The notes below the pieces were generated by a model. It saw nothing but the letters and a program-made list of their open reading frames with translations. It made no database searches and was not told the DNA's origin. 64,000 nt of DNA from an uncultured virus (IMG/VR IMGVR_UViG_3300046385_000116). Taxonomy: Duplodnaviria; Heunggongvirae; Uroviricota; Caudoviricetes. Positions within the stretch are counted from its first letter, which is position 1. Each line of letters begins with the position of its first letter. Below are positions 1-9,827 of the stretch, in pieces. Where the stretch lies: the IMG/VR virus record IMGVR_UViG_3300046385_000116; one strand, given 5' to 3'. The translations under genes and the position numbers were made by a program.

Positions 1-2
1 CT

Positions 3-269
3 TTAGCTCACCGAAATGTTGATGATATGTTCTACCCTTGGGTAAATAAATTTAGTAAAAATAATTTTGAAAGTGAACATATTTCTGATGTAGCTAAAAA
101 AATAACTTGTCATGTTGAGGTATTACGCTACACGGATGACCCATATTCATCAGACGAACAATTGGTACTTTTAAAATCATCTATTCCTCATGCCACTTTA
201 ACACTGTTGAAGGGCTCATCACACACCATACATAAAAGAAGTCCTGAAGATATTATAAAATTACTATGA
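3..269 (+). CDS. alpha/beta-hydrolase-like protein, C-terminal part (5' end outside window)
   Basis: Frame is open back to the window start. C-terminal pattern 'DDPYS...IPHATLTLLKGSSHTIH...PE' matches the acid and catalytic-His region of alpha/beta hydrolases. Confidence 0.55.
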   Translation, partial: LAHRNVDDMFYPWVNKFSKNNFESEHISDVAKKITCHVEVLRYTDDPYSSDEQLVLLKSSIPHATLTLLKGSSHTIHKRSPEDIIKLL

Positions 270-1597
270 ATATTTGTGATTATTTTTTTGAACATGACAA
301 ACAATCCGTTGCAATTATAACACAGAATGGTAGTAAAACTACCTATGGTGAATTGGATGTTTTATCTAATCGTTCTGCTAATTGTTTAAATGCTGTTGGA
401 TTTACCAAAGGTGATTGTTTATTATTACAAGGTGATAATAGTTTAAATATGATTGTACTGTGGTGTGCAGCTGTTAAATGTGGTGGTTCTGTTGTCTTTA
501 CTTCTAATGTACATTCAGACGTACAAATTGATTCCATATCTGAACAAACTAAATCAAAAATAAAATTAAAAAATAAACAAATTGATTTATTTGTTGCTCA
601 ATCACAAGAGTTTAGTGATACTTTTGAAACGGTTCAAGTGGAATGTGAAGATATTTGTATATATACCTTATCATCAGGCACAACAGGTATCTTTTCTAAA
701 GTAATCAGTCATACACATGAAAGTGCTAGGTATTCTAGTATTAAAGCAATGGAGTTTGTTGGTGAACCTAATACCAAAGACGCTTTCTACAGCACAGCAC
801 ATCTATCATTTAGTTTAGGGTTAGCTTGTGGTTTGGTCACACCACTATTATATGGCAGTTCAACAGTAATGACACCAAAACTAGCATTAATAGATACATT
901 AAAAACTATCAAGTATTCAAATGTTACCAGATTTTTCTCATCACCATCTTTCTATAAAGAGGCCATAAAATTAAATGCTGGTGATTACTTCAAACTGGTC
1001 GATATCTGCATTAGTGGAGGAGATTTCTTATCGCCTAAAGTTAGAGAAGATTGGGAAAAACAAACTGGAAAATATTTAACTAACATTTTAGGTACAGCTG
1101 ATACACTATTTTATTTCATTTGTTCAAAACAAAACGAAACACCATTGAATTCAATTGGACTTATTGTACCTGGTTATAAAGTTGAATGTGACGATGATTC
1201 TTTAATGATTGTTGAAACACCTTTTTCCAAATTCACACCTGGTGATAAGATATATATTAAAGATGAATGTGTATATTATCTTGGTAGAGAAGATGATATC
1301 ATCAACACTCCATACGGTAAAGTTAATCCGGCTGAAGTGGAAAATATTTTAATGGAAACTGGTTTACTTAAAGATGTTTTTGTGATACAATATACGAAGA
1401 TGGATATTAATTTTTTACAGGTTTATGGTATTAAAAGTGATGAATTAAATGATATTGATGTTCGGGAAGAAATATTGGAATATTCTAAAAAATATTTACC
1501 TAAACATATGGTACCTAAAAAAATTAATTTTGTTAAATCATTACCACGAACATTTAGTGGTAAGCCGCAGAGAAAACTTATGAAAGGTTTAAAATGA
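266..1597 (+). CDS. AMP-dependent acyl/aryl-CoA ligase (ANL adenylation superfamily)
   Basis: P-loop YTLSSGTTG, PGD, YLGREDDII, KVNPAEVE and C-terminal LPRTFSGK motifs. 'AHLSFSLGLACGL' resembles the benzoate-CoA ligase-type substrate segment. Confidence 0.85.
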   Translation: MNICDYFFEHDKQSVAIITQNGSKTTYGELDVLSNRSANCLNAVGFTKGDCLLLQGDNSLNMIVLWCAAVKCGGSVVFTSNVHSDVQIDSISEQTKSKIKLKNKQIDLFVAQSQEFSDTFETVQVECEDICIYTLSSGTTGIFSKVISHTHESARYSSIKAMEFVGEPNTKDAFYSTAHLSFSLGLACGLVTPLLYGSSTVMTPKLALIDTLKTIKYSNVTRFFSSPSFYKEAIKLNAGDYFKLVDICISGGDFLSPKVREDWEKQTGKYLTNILGTADTLFYFICSKQNETPLNSIGLIVPGYKVECDDDSLMIVETPFSKFTPGDKIYIKDECVYYLGREDDIINTPYGKVNPAEVENILMETGLLKDVFVIQYTKMDINFLQVYGIKSDELNDIDVREEILEYSKKYLPKHMVPKKINFVKSLPRTFSGKPQRKLMKGLK

Positions 1598-2025
1598 AAT
1601 ATATTGATAGTCAGTTGAGGTCTATATCTAAGACATTCACATATCGAATTGGTGGTTCTTTAATTATGTTCTTCTTAATTATTGGTATGTTGGGTCTGGA
1701 TTCTTGGACATCATTTAATATGGTGTGGAAAATTTCTATTGTTGGATTAATTACATTCTATATTCATGAGATTATTTGGTCAAGAATACAATTTGGTAAA
1801 AAACAAACATTCGAAACACCATTAAGGTCTCTACTTAAAACGGTATCTTGGAGAACTTACTCATTTCTGATTCTTGCTTTTTTAACATGGTTCTTCTCAA
1901 AAACATCAGCCGAAGAAAGTTTATATTATTCAGCAGTATTGAATATACTTCTATTAGCATTTCACTATATACATGAAAGAGTTTGGAATGCAACAGATTG
2001 GCAAAAAAAGGCAGTATCTATTTAA
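1594..2025 (+). CDS. membrane protein with two tandem DUF2061-like repeats
   Basis: Two copies of RS(I/L)xKT(F/V)(T/S)(Y/W)R ... (F/H)YIHE(I/R)(I/V)W, each with hydrophobic helices. Confidence 0.75.
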   Translation: MKYIDSQLRSISKTFTYRIGGSLIMFFLIIGMLGLDSWTSFNMVWKISIVGLITFYIHEIIWSRIQFGKKQTFETPLRSLLKTVSWRTYSFLILAFLTWFFSKTSAEESLYYSAVLNILLLAFHYIHERVWNATDWQKKAVSI

Positions 2026-2043
2026 TTAACTATGGAGTAACAC

Positions 2044-2610
2044 ATGAAATCTAAATTATTTTTATCAGTATTAACATTATTAACAGCGAGTTCAGTATTC
2101 GCTGCTTCTGCAACAATTGAATTACAGGATATGAACTCTTTATATGGCCAAAAAGATACAAGAAATGTTGTATTTTCCGTGAGAGAAAATATTAACAAAT
2201 CTGTAATTGGTGACGTGACATTGGGACAAGTATCGGCAGTAGGTGCAGGCGTTGGTAGCACTCGTGTTGAGGTGGGTTTAACTGGTCTATTACCGGTTAC
2301 ATCATTCATGACATCATATACTCGTTTAGGTGTAGGTGACAAAACGACCACCACAACTTCATATCCATATTATAATATAGAAACCGGATTTAAAACACCG
2401 ACACCTATCGCTGGATTGAATACTACTTTTGGATTTCGTTTCCGAACAGCTTTTAGTGAAATGAATAAAGATACTACTCGTACAATAAGATTAGGTCTTG
2501 GATATGAATTAACCAAAGTTGATACAGTTGGTGTTCGTTTTGACGTTGTTCGTGGTGTTGCACCACAATCACAAAATGTATTTGCACTTAACTACTCCAG
2601 AGGTTTTTAG
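2044..2610 (+). CDS. outer-membrane beta-barrel (porin-like) protein
   Basis: N-terminal signal peptide (MKSKLFLSVLTLLTASSVFA), amphipathic beta-strands, C-terminal beta-signal ending in Phe (LNYSRGF), SD GGAG upstream. Confidence 0.75.
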   Translation: MKSKLFLSVLTLLTASSVFAASATIELQDMNSLYGQKDTRNVVFSVRENINKSVIGDVTLGQVSAVGAGVGSTRVEVGLTGLLPVTSFMTSYTRLGVGDKTTTTTSYPYYNIETGFKTPTPIAGLNTTFGFRFRTAFSEMNKDTTRTIRLGLGYELTKVDTVGVRFDVVRGVAPQSQNVFALNYSRGF

Positions 2611-2664
2611 TAGAAATTGAGACCAGAAAACGCCTAAATATAAAATAAAAACAGGAGTCTTATC

Positions 2665-2997
2665 TTGGCAGCATTTTCTGAAATTACAATTGAACAAGGT
2701 GCAACATTTTCTACAACCGTGAATGTTGAAGATGCTTACTCTAATCCGGTTAATTTGACTGGTTATAGTGCATCTTCACAAATGAGAAAATCTTATTACT
2801 CTGCAAGTTCTACAAACATAACCGCAACCGTAACCGGAACTGCAAATGGTGAGATTACTCTCTCCATGACTTCCGCAAACACAACAAGTTTAACACCAGG
2901 TAGATATGTTTATGACCTCATTATAAATGACGGTGCAAATACCATAACTCGGGTTGTTGAAGGTACGGTTACTGTTCTTCCTTCCGTTACGAGGTAA
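2665..2997 (+). CDS. small virion structural/adaptor protein (beta-sandwich)
   Basis: TTG start with AGGAG SD and upstream TAAATA. 'IEQGATF...NLTGYS...QMRKSY...GRYVYDL...RVVEG..TV.PSVTR' is a pattern commonly seen upstream of fibre genes in T4-like phages. Confidence 0.7.
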   Translation: MAAFSEITIEQGATFSTTVNVEDAYSNPVNLTGYSASSQMRKSYYSASSTNITATVTGTANGEITLSMTSANTTSLTPGRYVYDLIINDGANTITRVVEGTVTVLPSVTR

Positions 2998-2999
2998 TC

Positions 3000-3254
3000 A
3001 TGGCAATTGGAAAAATTGCGCCTAGAACTGGTGTGATTGGAAAGATTGTTGTTAGGCCAGTAACAGAAACAACAATCTCATCTCCCAATTATACACCAAA
3101 AATAAATGTAGCTTTCTCAGACATCCAGGATGTTGACGTAAGTTCACCACAAGATGGAGATATTTTAATTTATAATGCTGCATCAGGAAAGTATGAAACA
3201 AAAACATCCGCAACATTGTTAGAACTTACAAATATAGATGCAGGCCTATTCTAA
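3000..3254 (+). CDS. small virion-associated protein
   Basis: 'DVD...DGDILIYNAASGKY' fibre-type motif and IDAGLF end; tightly coupled to its neighbours. Confidence 0.6.
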   Translation: MAIGKIAPRTGVIGKIVVRPVTETTISSPNYTPKINVAFSDIQDVDVSSPQDGDILIYNAASGKYETKTSATLLELTNIDAGLF

Positions 3255-6200
3255 ATGGCAAATACAACACAAATACAGATTTTACGCTCGTCATCCAATG
3301 TTGCTCCACTAAGTCTAGCTAGTGGAGAATTAGCTTATTCCTTTTTATCAAACACATTATTCATTGGTGGTACATCAAATAATGTAATATCTATTGGTGG
3401 AAGATATTATTCCAATATCATAGACACCGCAACATCAAGTAACACACCATTCAGTCTTGTAAAGAGAGATGAATTTGGTTCTTCAAAATTCTATACATTA
3501 TCGGTAGACGGATGGCCAGGTAGTGCTAACAGTGTTACACATAAAGAATATGTTGATGCTGTAGTTTTAGGTTCATATGGATCCATCTATTATGGTACAG
3601 TAGGAACACCATTTTATTCTAATGTGTTAACATCAAGTGTTGGTGTTGATATTACCGCAAATACCACTCAAGTTGCTACGTATAGAGATTATGGCATCTA
3701 TTTTGTGCCAGATTTGCATGTAACTGGAAACACATACACTAATTATATCTTCGCCACAGGTCAAGTTGATGGTGAAGAATTCCATGCAAATACAAAGATA
3801 TTAGTTGGTGAAGCATCACGTCAAGCTGCAGCTTTACCAAATTCTCTAGCGCAATTCTCCGCAAACTCTGAATACTACGTTCAAATCAACGGACAGAATT
3901 TAAATGGTAATGGTTCTGCCGACTTTGTTATTACTGCCGATGTAGGAACAGACGTTGATTACTATATCGATATGGGTATGGGTGGTTCAACTTATTCATT
4001 CTATACTGGCAATAACTCACCAATGGAACCACTTGCTGGTTATCTATTGGTTCAGGGAAGTACAGTAGGCCTACCTGGTGGTAACCTTGTTATCGGTACA
4101 ACATCACCACAAACAAAATTAACATTTATGACTGGAGGTTATGAAACAGATAACATCCAGATGACAATGAGTAACAGTGGTGTCAATATTTGGCACACAC
4201 TAACTGCAACAGAAATAGTTAGTCCAACTATCAATGCAATTACTTCAAATTTATCCAGTTCATACACATATACTGATACTGCCAATACATATTTAAAAAA
4301 TCGTATTGATAGTTCTAATTCATATTCAATCTATTATACAGACACCGCCAATACATGGTTACAAGCCAATGATGCTGTAACATTAGAAGTGGCAAAATCT
4401 TGGACAAATTTCTATACTGATTCGGCCAATACATGGTTACAGGCAAATGATAGGTTGACATTAGCGGCAGCCAACTCATATACTGATACTGCTAATACAA
4501 ATTTAAAATCATATGTGGATAGTGAAATTACTGCCAATTTTGATGCAGCTAAATCATATACCGATGCAGCCAACACATGGTTACAAGCAAATGATAGGTT
4601 CACATTAACTGTTGCCAATTCATACACATTATCAACGAATACTTGGTTACAAGCTAATGACAAATTAACATTAACAGCTGCCAACTCATATACCGATGCA
4701 GCCAATACTTGGTTGCAATCCAATGACACAATAACATTGTTGGCTGCACAGTCTTATACTGATACTGCAAATACAAATTTAAAACTTTACACCGATAATA
4801 ATATCACTTCAAATATTAATTCGGCAAATGCATCTTTGGTTATATATGTTAACTCGAACATTACTGCCAATTTAAATACTGCACAGACATATACCGATAC
4901 CGCTAATACCAATTTGAGATTATATGTTGATGGTAAAGTTACATCTAATCTGGCCACAGCACAGTCTTATACCGATACGGCTAACACCAATCTAAGACTT
5001 TATACTGATGATAAAATTACAGCCAATCTGGCCACAGCACAATCTTATACAGACACCGCCAATACAAATTTAAGACTTTACACTGACAGCAAGATTTCTG
5101 CAAATTTATTTACTGCACAATCTTATACAGACACCGCCAATACAAATTTAAAATCATATGTGGATGGTGAAATTACTGCCAATTTCGATGCAGCCAAGGC
5201 ATACACTGATACAGCCAATACTTTTGTTACAAATTTATCAAATGGTAATTTAACAACTGCATTAAACTATACAAATACTGCTAATACATTCTTACAAGCC
5301 AATGATTCTATAACATTAGGTGTTGCAAAAAATTACACAGATATTGCAAATGTTTGGTTGCAAGGCAATATATTTAACACATTAACAACTGCAACAAATT
5401 ATACTGATACTGCCAACACATTCAATCAAGCAAATACGGGTGCAGGTTTAATTGGTGCCAATACTTACACTGATACATCAAATACTAGTTTGAGATTATA
5501 TGTTAATGATAAGATATCTTCAAATTTAGCATTAGCATATGCTAATACTGGTACGGCAAATATCATTGCAGTATCAGCCAGTTCTTATGCAAACGGTGCT
5601 TTCCAAGCAGCCAACTCTGCCAGTTCATATGCCAACTCAGCATACTCACAAGCAAACACCGCAAATTTAACTGCTGAAGCTGCTTACTCTTTTGCTAATA
5701 CATCCAATGTATATTTCTATGGTGTTAATGCTTATCAGAATACATTCATAACTACTGCAAATAATACAGCAAATGCGGCCTATGCTTTTGCCAACACAGT
5801 TAATGCCTATTCTTATGGTGTTAATGATACACAGAATACAAATATAACAATTATTGGTTCATATGCCAATAGTTCTTATATACACGCCAACTCAGCATTT
5901 GATACTGCCAATTTAAAACTTAATACATCTGGTGGTAATATTGCTTTCATTAATGTGGCATCAAATGTTTATGTTGGTAGCTCAATAGATTTTAATCCTA
6001 ATCCAACAGGTGAAGCATCAGCACAAGAAGGTCGCATATTCTACGATAAATTCTCTAAAGCTTTTGGTGGATACAATGATACACCAAGATACATACACTT
6101 TGGCCGTGATGTTGGTATTCGTGTATATAACAATACAGGATCCACAATTAATGCGGCTTCACCAGTATTCATTTTAAATGAACCTGCTTCCGGTGGTGCA

Positions 6201-7676
6201 CCTCATATTGCTATAGCTGATGCAACAACAGCTGCAAATTCTGAAGTAATTGGATTAACACAAACTGAAATTGCTAATGGCACATACGGTATGGTAATCT
6301 CTCAAGGTCTAATTGAATACCTTGATACAACATCATATAGTGTTGGACAGGAATTATACCTATCAACTACACCAGGACAATTTACAACAACCGTACCATC
6401 GAGTCCGAATATTCCTTTAAATTTAGGTTATATTGGAAGTGTTAGTCCTTTATATGGTGAAATTATTGTCAATATACACTTAATGGAAGGCAAAAATAAA
6501 ACCACAGGTTCTATTTTATTTGCAAGAAATCAGTTAATTGATGAGGATCCAGACCATTTATATTGGGACTATGCAAACAACTCTTTAGGTATCGGTACAA
6601 GTTCACCAGCTGCCAATTTACACGTTGTTGGTTCAGGTTTATTTACGGGCAATGTAATTATTTCTGGTAACTTATTAGTATCAAATGCTCAATCAATTAC
6701 AACAACAGAATTGACCGTTGGCGGTAATACAGTCATCTTGAATAGTGAAGTTACAGGAACACCAACATCTAATGCTGTTATTTTAGTTAATCGTGGAAGT
6801 TCTACAAATGTTTATATACAATGGAATGAAGTGGAAGACCATTGGTTCTTGTATAGTGGAATAGGAAATCCAGGACACATATTAGATTCTGAAGAAACTT
6901 TCTCAACTTGGATACAATATTCTGCTGCTGATGCTTATGAAAAATCAACTCACCCTATTGGTGGTGATTTAGCTAATGCCACAAATGAACACGCAACTGC
7001 TGGATTTGCTGTTGCTAATATTGCATATCATAATGCTTTATCTGGTTACATTCATGCCAACTCAGCCTATATTTCTCAGAATACAACAGGTGTTTATGCC
7101 AATACAGGTTTACAATTTGCCAACTCAGCTAGTTCATATGCCAATACGGCATTACAATATTCCAACAGTGCAAGTTCTTATTCTAACTCTGCTTATGTTC
7201 ATGCTAATAGTGCTTATGTAAGTCAAAACACCACTGGCGTATATGCCAATACTGGTTTACAATTTGCCAATTCAGCTGGAATATATGCAAATACTGGTCT
7301 ACAATTTGCTAATTCTGCCGGTTCATATGCCAATTCTGCATATTTACAAGCCAATGCAACAACACAATTTGCCCATAGTGGAACATTTACGACATCATCA
7401 ACATCACAAGTTGCAATCGATAGTTGGTCTAGTTCAACATATAGAAGTGCCACATACCAATTACAATTTACATCCGGTTCAAATTATCATGTTTTAGATA
7501 TGAAGTTTATGCATGATGGAACTACCGTTTGGTGGAATGGTTATGGTGAATTGTGGAATAATTCAAAATTGGCAACCTTTAGTGCAACAATAAATGGTGG
7601 AAATGTCGATGTATTGATAACACCTACAAACTCGGTAACTGTTATTAAGTTTGTTCGGTCGTTAATAAATACTTAA
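3255..7676 (+). CDS. long tail-fibre/virion appendage protein (1473 aa)
   Basis: N-terminal 'IQILRS...L..GELAYS' fibre-attachment motif; coiled-coil repeats (SYTDTANT, 22 and 26 aa periods); ANSAY repeats; GIGTSSP fibre motif. Confidence 0.8.
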   Translation: MANTTQIQILRSSSNVAPLSLASGELAYSFLSNTLFIGGTSNNVISIGGRYYSNIIDTATSSNTPFSLVKRDEFGSSKFYTLSVDGWPGSANSVTHKEYVDAVVLGSYGSIYYGTVGTPFYSNVLTSSVGVDITANTTQVATYRDYGIYFVPDLHVTGNTYTNYIFATGQVDGEEFHANTKILVGEASRQAAALPNSLAQFSANSEYYVQINGQNLNGNGSADFVITADVGTDVDYYIDMGMGGSTYSFYTGNNSPMEPLAGYLLVQGSTVGLPGGNLVIGTTSPQTKLTFMTGGYETDNIQMTMSNSGVNIWHTLTATEIVSPTINAITSNLSSSYTYTDTANTYLKNRIDSSNSYSIYYTDTANTWLQANDAVTLEVAKSWTNFYTDSANTWLQANDRLTLAAANSYTDTANTNLKSYVDSEITANFDAAKSYTDAANTWLQANDRFTLTVANSYTLSTNTWLQANDKLTLTAANSYTDAANTWLQSNDTITLLAAQSYTDTANTNLKLYTDNNITSNINSANASLVIYVNSNITANLNTAQTYTDTANTNLRLYVDGKVTSNLATAQSYTDTANTNLRLYTDDKITANLATAQSYTDTANTNLRLYTDSKISANLFTAQSYTDTANTNLKSYVDGEITANFDAAKAYTDTANTFVTNLSNGNLTTALNYTNTANTFLQANDSITLGVAKNYTDIANVWLQGNIFNTLTTATNYTDTANTFNQANTGAGLIGANTYTDTSNTSLRLYVNDKISSNLALAYANTGTANIIAVSASSYANGAFQAANSASSYANSAYSQANTANLTAEAAYSFANTSNVYFYGVNAYQNTFITTANNTANAAYAFANTVNAYSYGVNDTQNTNITIIGSYANSSYIHANSAFDTANLKLNTSGGNIAFINVASNVYVGSSIDFNPNPTGEASAQEGRIFYDKFSKAFGGYNDTPRYIHFGRDVGIRVYNNTGSTINAASPVFILNEPASGGAPHIAIADATTAANSEVIGLTQTEIANGTYGMVISQGLIEYLDTTSYSVGQELYLSTTPGQFTTTVPSSPNIPLNLGYIGSVSPLYGEIIVNIHLMEGKNKTTGSILFARNQLIDEDPDHLYWDYANNSLGIGTSSPAANLHVVGSGLFTGNVIISGNLLVSNAQSITTTELTVGGNTVILNSEVTGTPTSNAVILVNRGSSTNVYIQWNEVEDHWFLYSGIGNPGHILDSEETFSTWIQYSAADAYEKSTHPIGGDLANATNEHATAGFAVANIAYHNALSGYIHANSAYISQNTTGVYANTGLQFANSASSYANTALQYSNSASSYSNSAYVHANSAYVSQNTTGVYANTGLQFANSAGIYANTGLQFANSAGSYANSAYLQANATTQFAHSGTFTTSSTSQVAIDSWSSSTYRSATYQLQFTSGSNYHVLDMKFMHDGTTVWWNGYGELWNNSKLATFSATINGGNVDVLITPTNSVTVIKFVRSLINT

Positions 7677-7695
7677 CAATATATAATTTTATATC

Positions 7696-9276
7696 ATGAA
7701 CAAAGTAAAATTTCACACAATAGAACAACCAGATTCAGACATTACAACTTTCGTATTAAGTTGTAATCGTCTGGATGTTTTGGATAAAACCCTCACATCA
7801 TTTTTAAATACCAAAGAATATGCCACAAAGATGGTTATTGTGGATGATTCTGCTGAGCCAGGAGTATTCGAATCTCTTGTTGAGAAGTATGGAGATTTTT
7901 GTGATGTGATTTGTTTTTCTAAAAATAGGTCACAGTGGTGGGCAATGGATTTTATGGTATCTTATTGTGATACTGATTATATTTTCTACCTTGAAGATGA
8001 TTGGGAATTTGTAGAAAAGGGATATCTTCAAAAGTCCAAAGATATATTACAGAAATATAGAAATATAGGAACAGTAGATATATCATGGAGAACATTTGAA
8101 GATGAGGGTATTGATTCATATGAAAAAGAATTAGTCGATGATTTGTTTTATTATAAGAAAGCTTGGAAGATTACAGATTATCACCTCTGTTGGTATGGCT
8201 GGATTGGAAGTCCTAATTTAAAACGCAGAGAAGATTTAATTCTTTTAGGTCGAGTTGAAAAGTGGCACAATGAATGGAATATTGACCGCAGGTTTAGAGC
8301 TCTTGGATTCCGTGCGGTATTCCTAAACGGCAAATATGTGCAACACTTAGGTGATTATTGTTCCCGTATGGAAGGCAAAAGACCTGATGACGGTACAACT
8401 CCCGAACATTATTATCCAGCCGAACTACAAGCAGAAAGAACATGGCCAAAATTCGATTATATGTTCTTGGATGGCCATTGGAAGTCTCCGTGGGAAGTTA
8501 CTATGGTTACTGCTATGTTGGACATTCAACGAGAGGATAGAAGTTTTGAAGAACACTACCTTGAAGGCATTAAAAAGGTTTTACAATGCCGAAATCCTAT
8601 GGTTGTGTTTGCCGAAAGTAAATGGCATACTTGGATTAGGGAACAACGAGGAACATTACCGATTTATATCTATGATTTCTCTTTGACTGATTTGGAAAAT
8701 ACTGAATACTTCAATTCAATACAAAAGATTATATCAACACCAGAATGGCAGAACCAAGCTGAGTGGATGAAAACAAGTGTTATTAAAGACAAGTATTATA
8801 TACCTCTGACACTTATTAAGAATCAATTATTAGAAAAAGTTGTTAATGAAAACCCCTGTCATGGCCAAAAGTTTTATTGGATAGATTCAGGTATGTGTAG
8901 TAGTTATGGTATTGGTGAACATATTGATATGTTTAATTTTAATAAAATACCAGACGAGAAGTTCTTTCTGACATCTTATGCATATAATACCGATACAGAA
9001 ATACATGGTTATAATATTAATAAAATGACAGAAATGTGTGGTAGAAAACCAAATTATGTTTGTCGTGCAACTTTATTTGGTGGTAAACCAGAACAGATTA
9101 AAGAGTTTAATAAAAAGTATAATGAGTATCTTTACAAATCCATAGTTCGTGGAGATATAGGAACAGAAGAAGCAATATACACAATAGTTGATATTCTTCA
9201 TCCGGAATTAGTTCATAAATATGAAATGCCATATGGTGATATTAAATTATTTTTGAATACTATTAGGAGTAGGTGA
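7696..9276 (+). CDS. two-domain glycosyltransferase: GT-A (GT2-like) plus HtrL/WlaTC-like domain
   Basis: N-terminal 'SCNRLDVL...IVDDS...YLEDDW'; C-terminal 'TMVTAMLDI.RE...K...L......NP.....FYWIDSG...LFGG...GTEE'. Confidence 0.75.
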   Translation: MNKVKFHTIEQPDSDITTFVLSCNRLDVLDKTLTSFLNTKEYATKMVIVDDSAEPGVFESLVEKYGDFCDVICFSKNRSQWWAMDFMVSYCDTDYIFYLEDDWEFVEKGYLQKSKDILQKYRNIGTVDISWRTFEDEGIDSYEKELVDDLFYYKKAWKITDYHLCWYGWIGSPNLKRREDLILLGRVEKWHNEWNIDRRFRALGFRAVFLNGKYVQHLGDYCSRMEGKRPDDGTTPEHYYPAELQAERTWPKFDYMFLDGHWKSPWEVTMVTAMLDIQREDRSFEEHYLEGIKKVLQCRNPMVVFAESKWHTWIREQRGTLPIYIYDFSLTDLENTEYFNSIQKIISTPEWQNQAEWMKTSVIKDKYYIPLTLIKNQLLEKVVNENPCHGQKFYWIDSGMCSSYGIGEHIDMFNFNKIPDEKFFLTSYAYNTDTEIHGYNINKMTEMCGRKPNYVCRATLFGGKPEQIKEFNKKYNEYLYKSIVRGDIGTEEAIYTIVDILHPELVHKYEMPYGDIKLFLNTIRSR

Positions 9277-9827
9277 TGCTTGTGAAACACAAACACCACA
9301 TAATACCAAAACATATGGGTGGAACAGATGATCCATCCAATCTTATTGAGTTGACCATAGAAGAACATGCGGAAGAACATAGGATGTTATTTGAAAAATA
9401 TGGTAAAGAAGAAGATAGACTTGCATGGTTAGGGTTATCTAAACAAATATCTAAAGTTGAATTGTTGATTGAAATTAGAAAATCTGAATCATATAAACAA
9501 AAACACAAAAAAGCTGTAAATGATCCACAATATAAAAAAAGAATGAGTGAATTGTTTTCTGGCAAAAACCATCCAATGTATGGTAAAAAACACACCGAAG
9601 AATCTAAACAAAAAATTAGGCAAAAAAGAAAAAATCAAATTTTTACTTCCGAACAAATAGAAAAAAGAACAAAAAAATTATATAAATCATTACAAACACC
9701 GGATGGAATATTCGAAAGTCGTCAAAAAGCTGCTGAATATTATAATGTGGATCCTGCCACATTAAACCATCGGATGAAAACAAAACCAACTGAATATTAT
9801 TATATAAAGAAAGTGAAAAAAATATGA
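9273..9827 (+). mobile_element. free-standing HNH homing endonuclease with NUMOD3-like DNA-binding repeats
   Basis: HKHHIIPKHMGGTDDPSNLIELTIEEHAEEH (HNH) and GKNHPMYGKKHTEESKQKI (NUMOD3). Overlaps both flanking genes by 4 nt. Confidence 0.9.
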
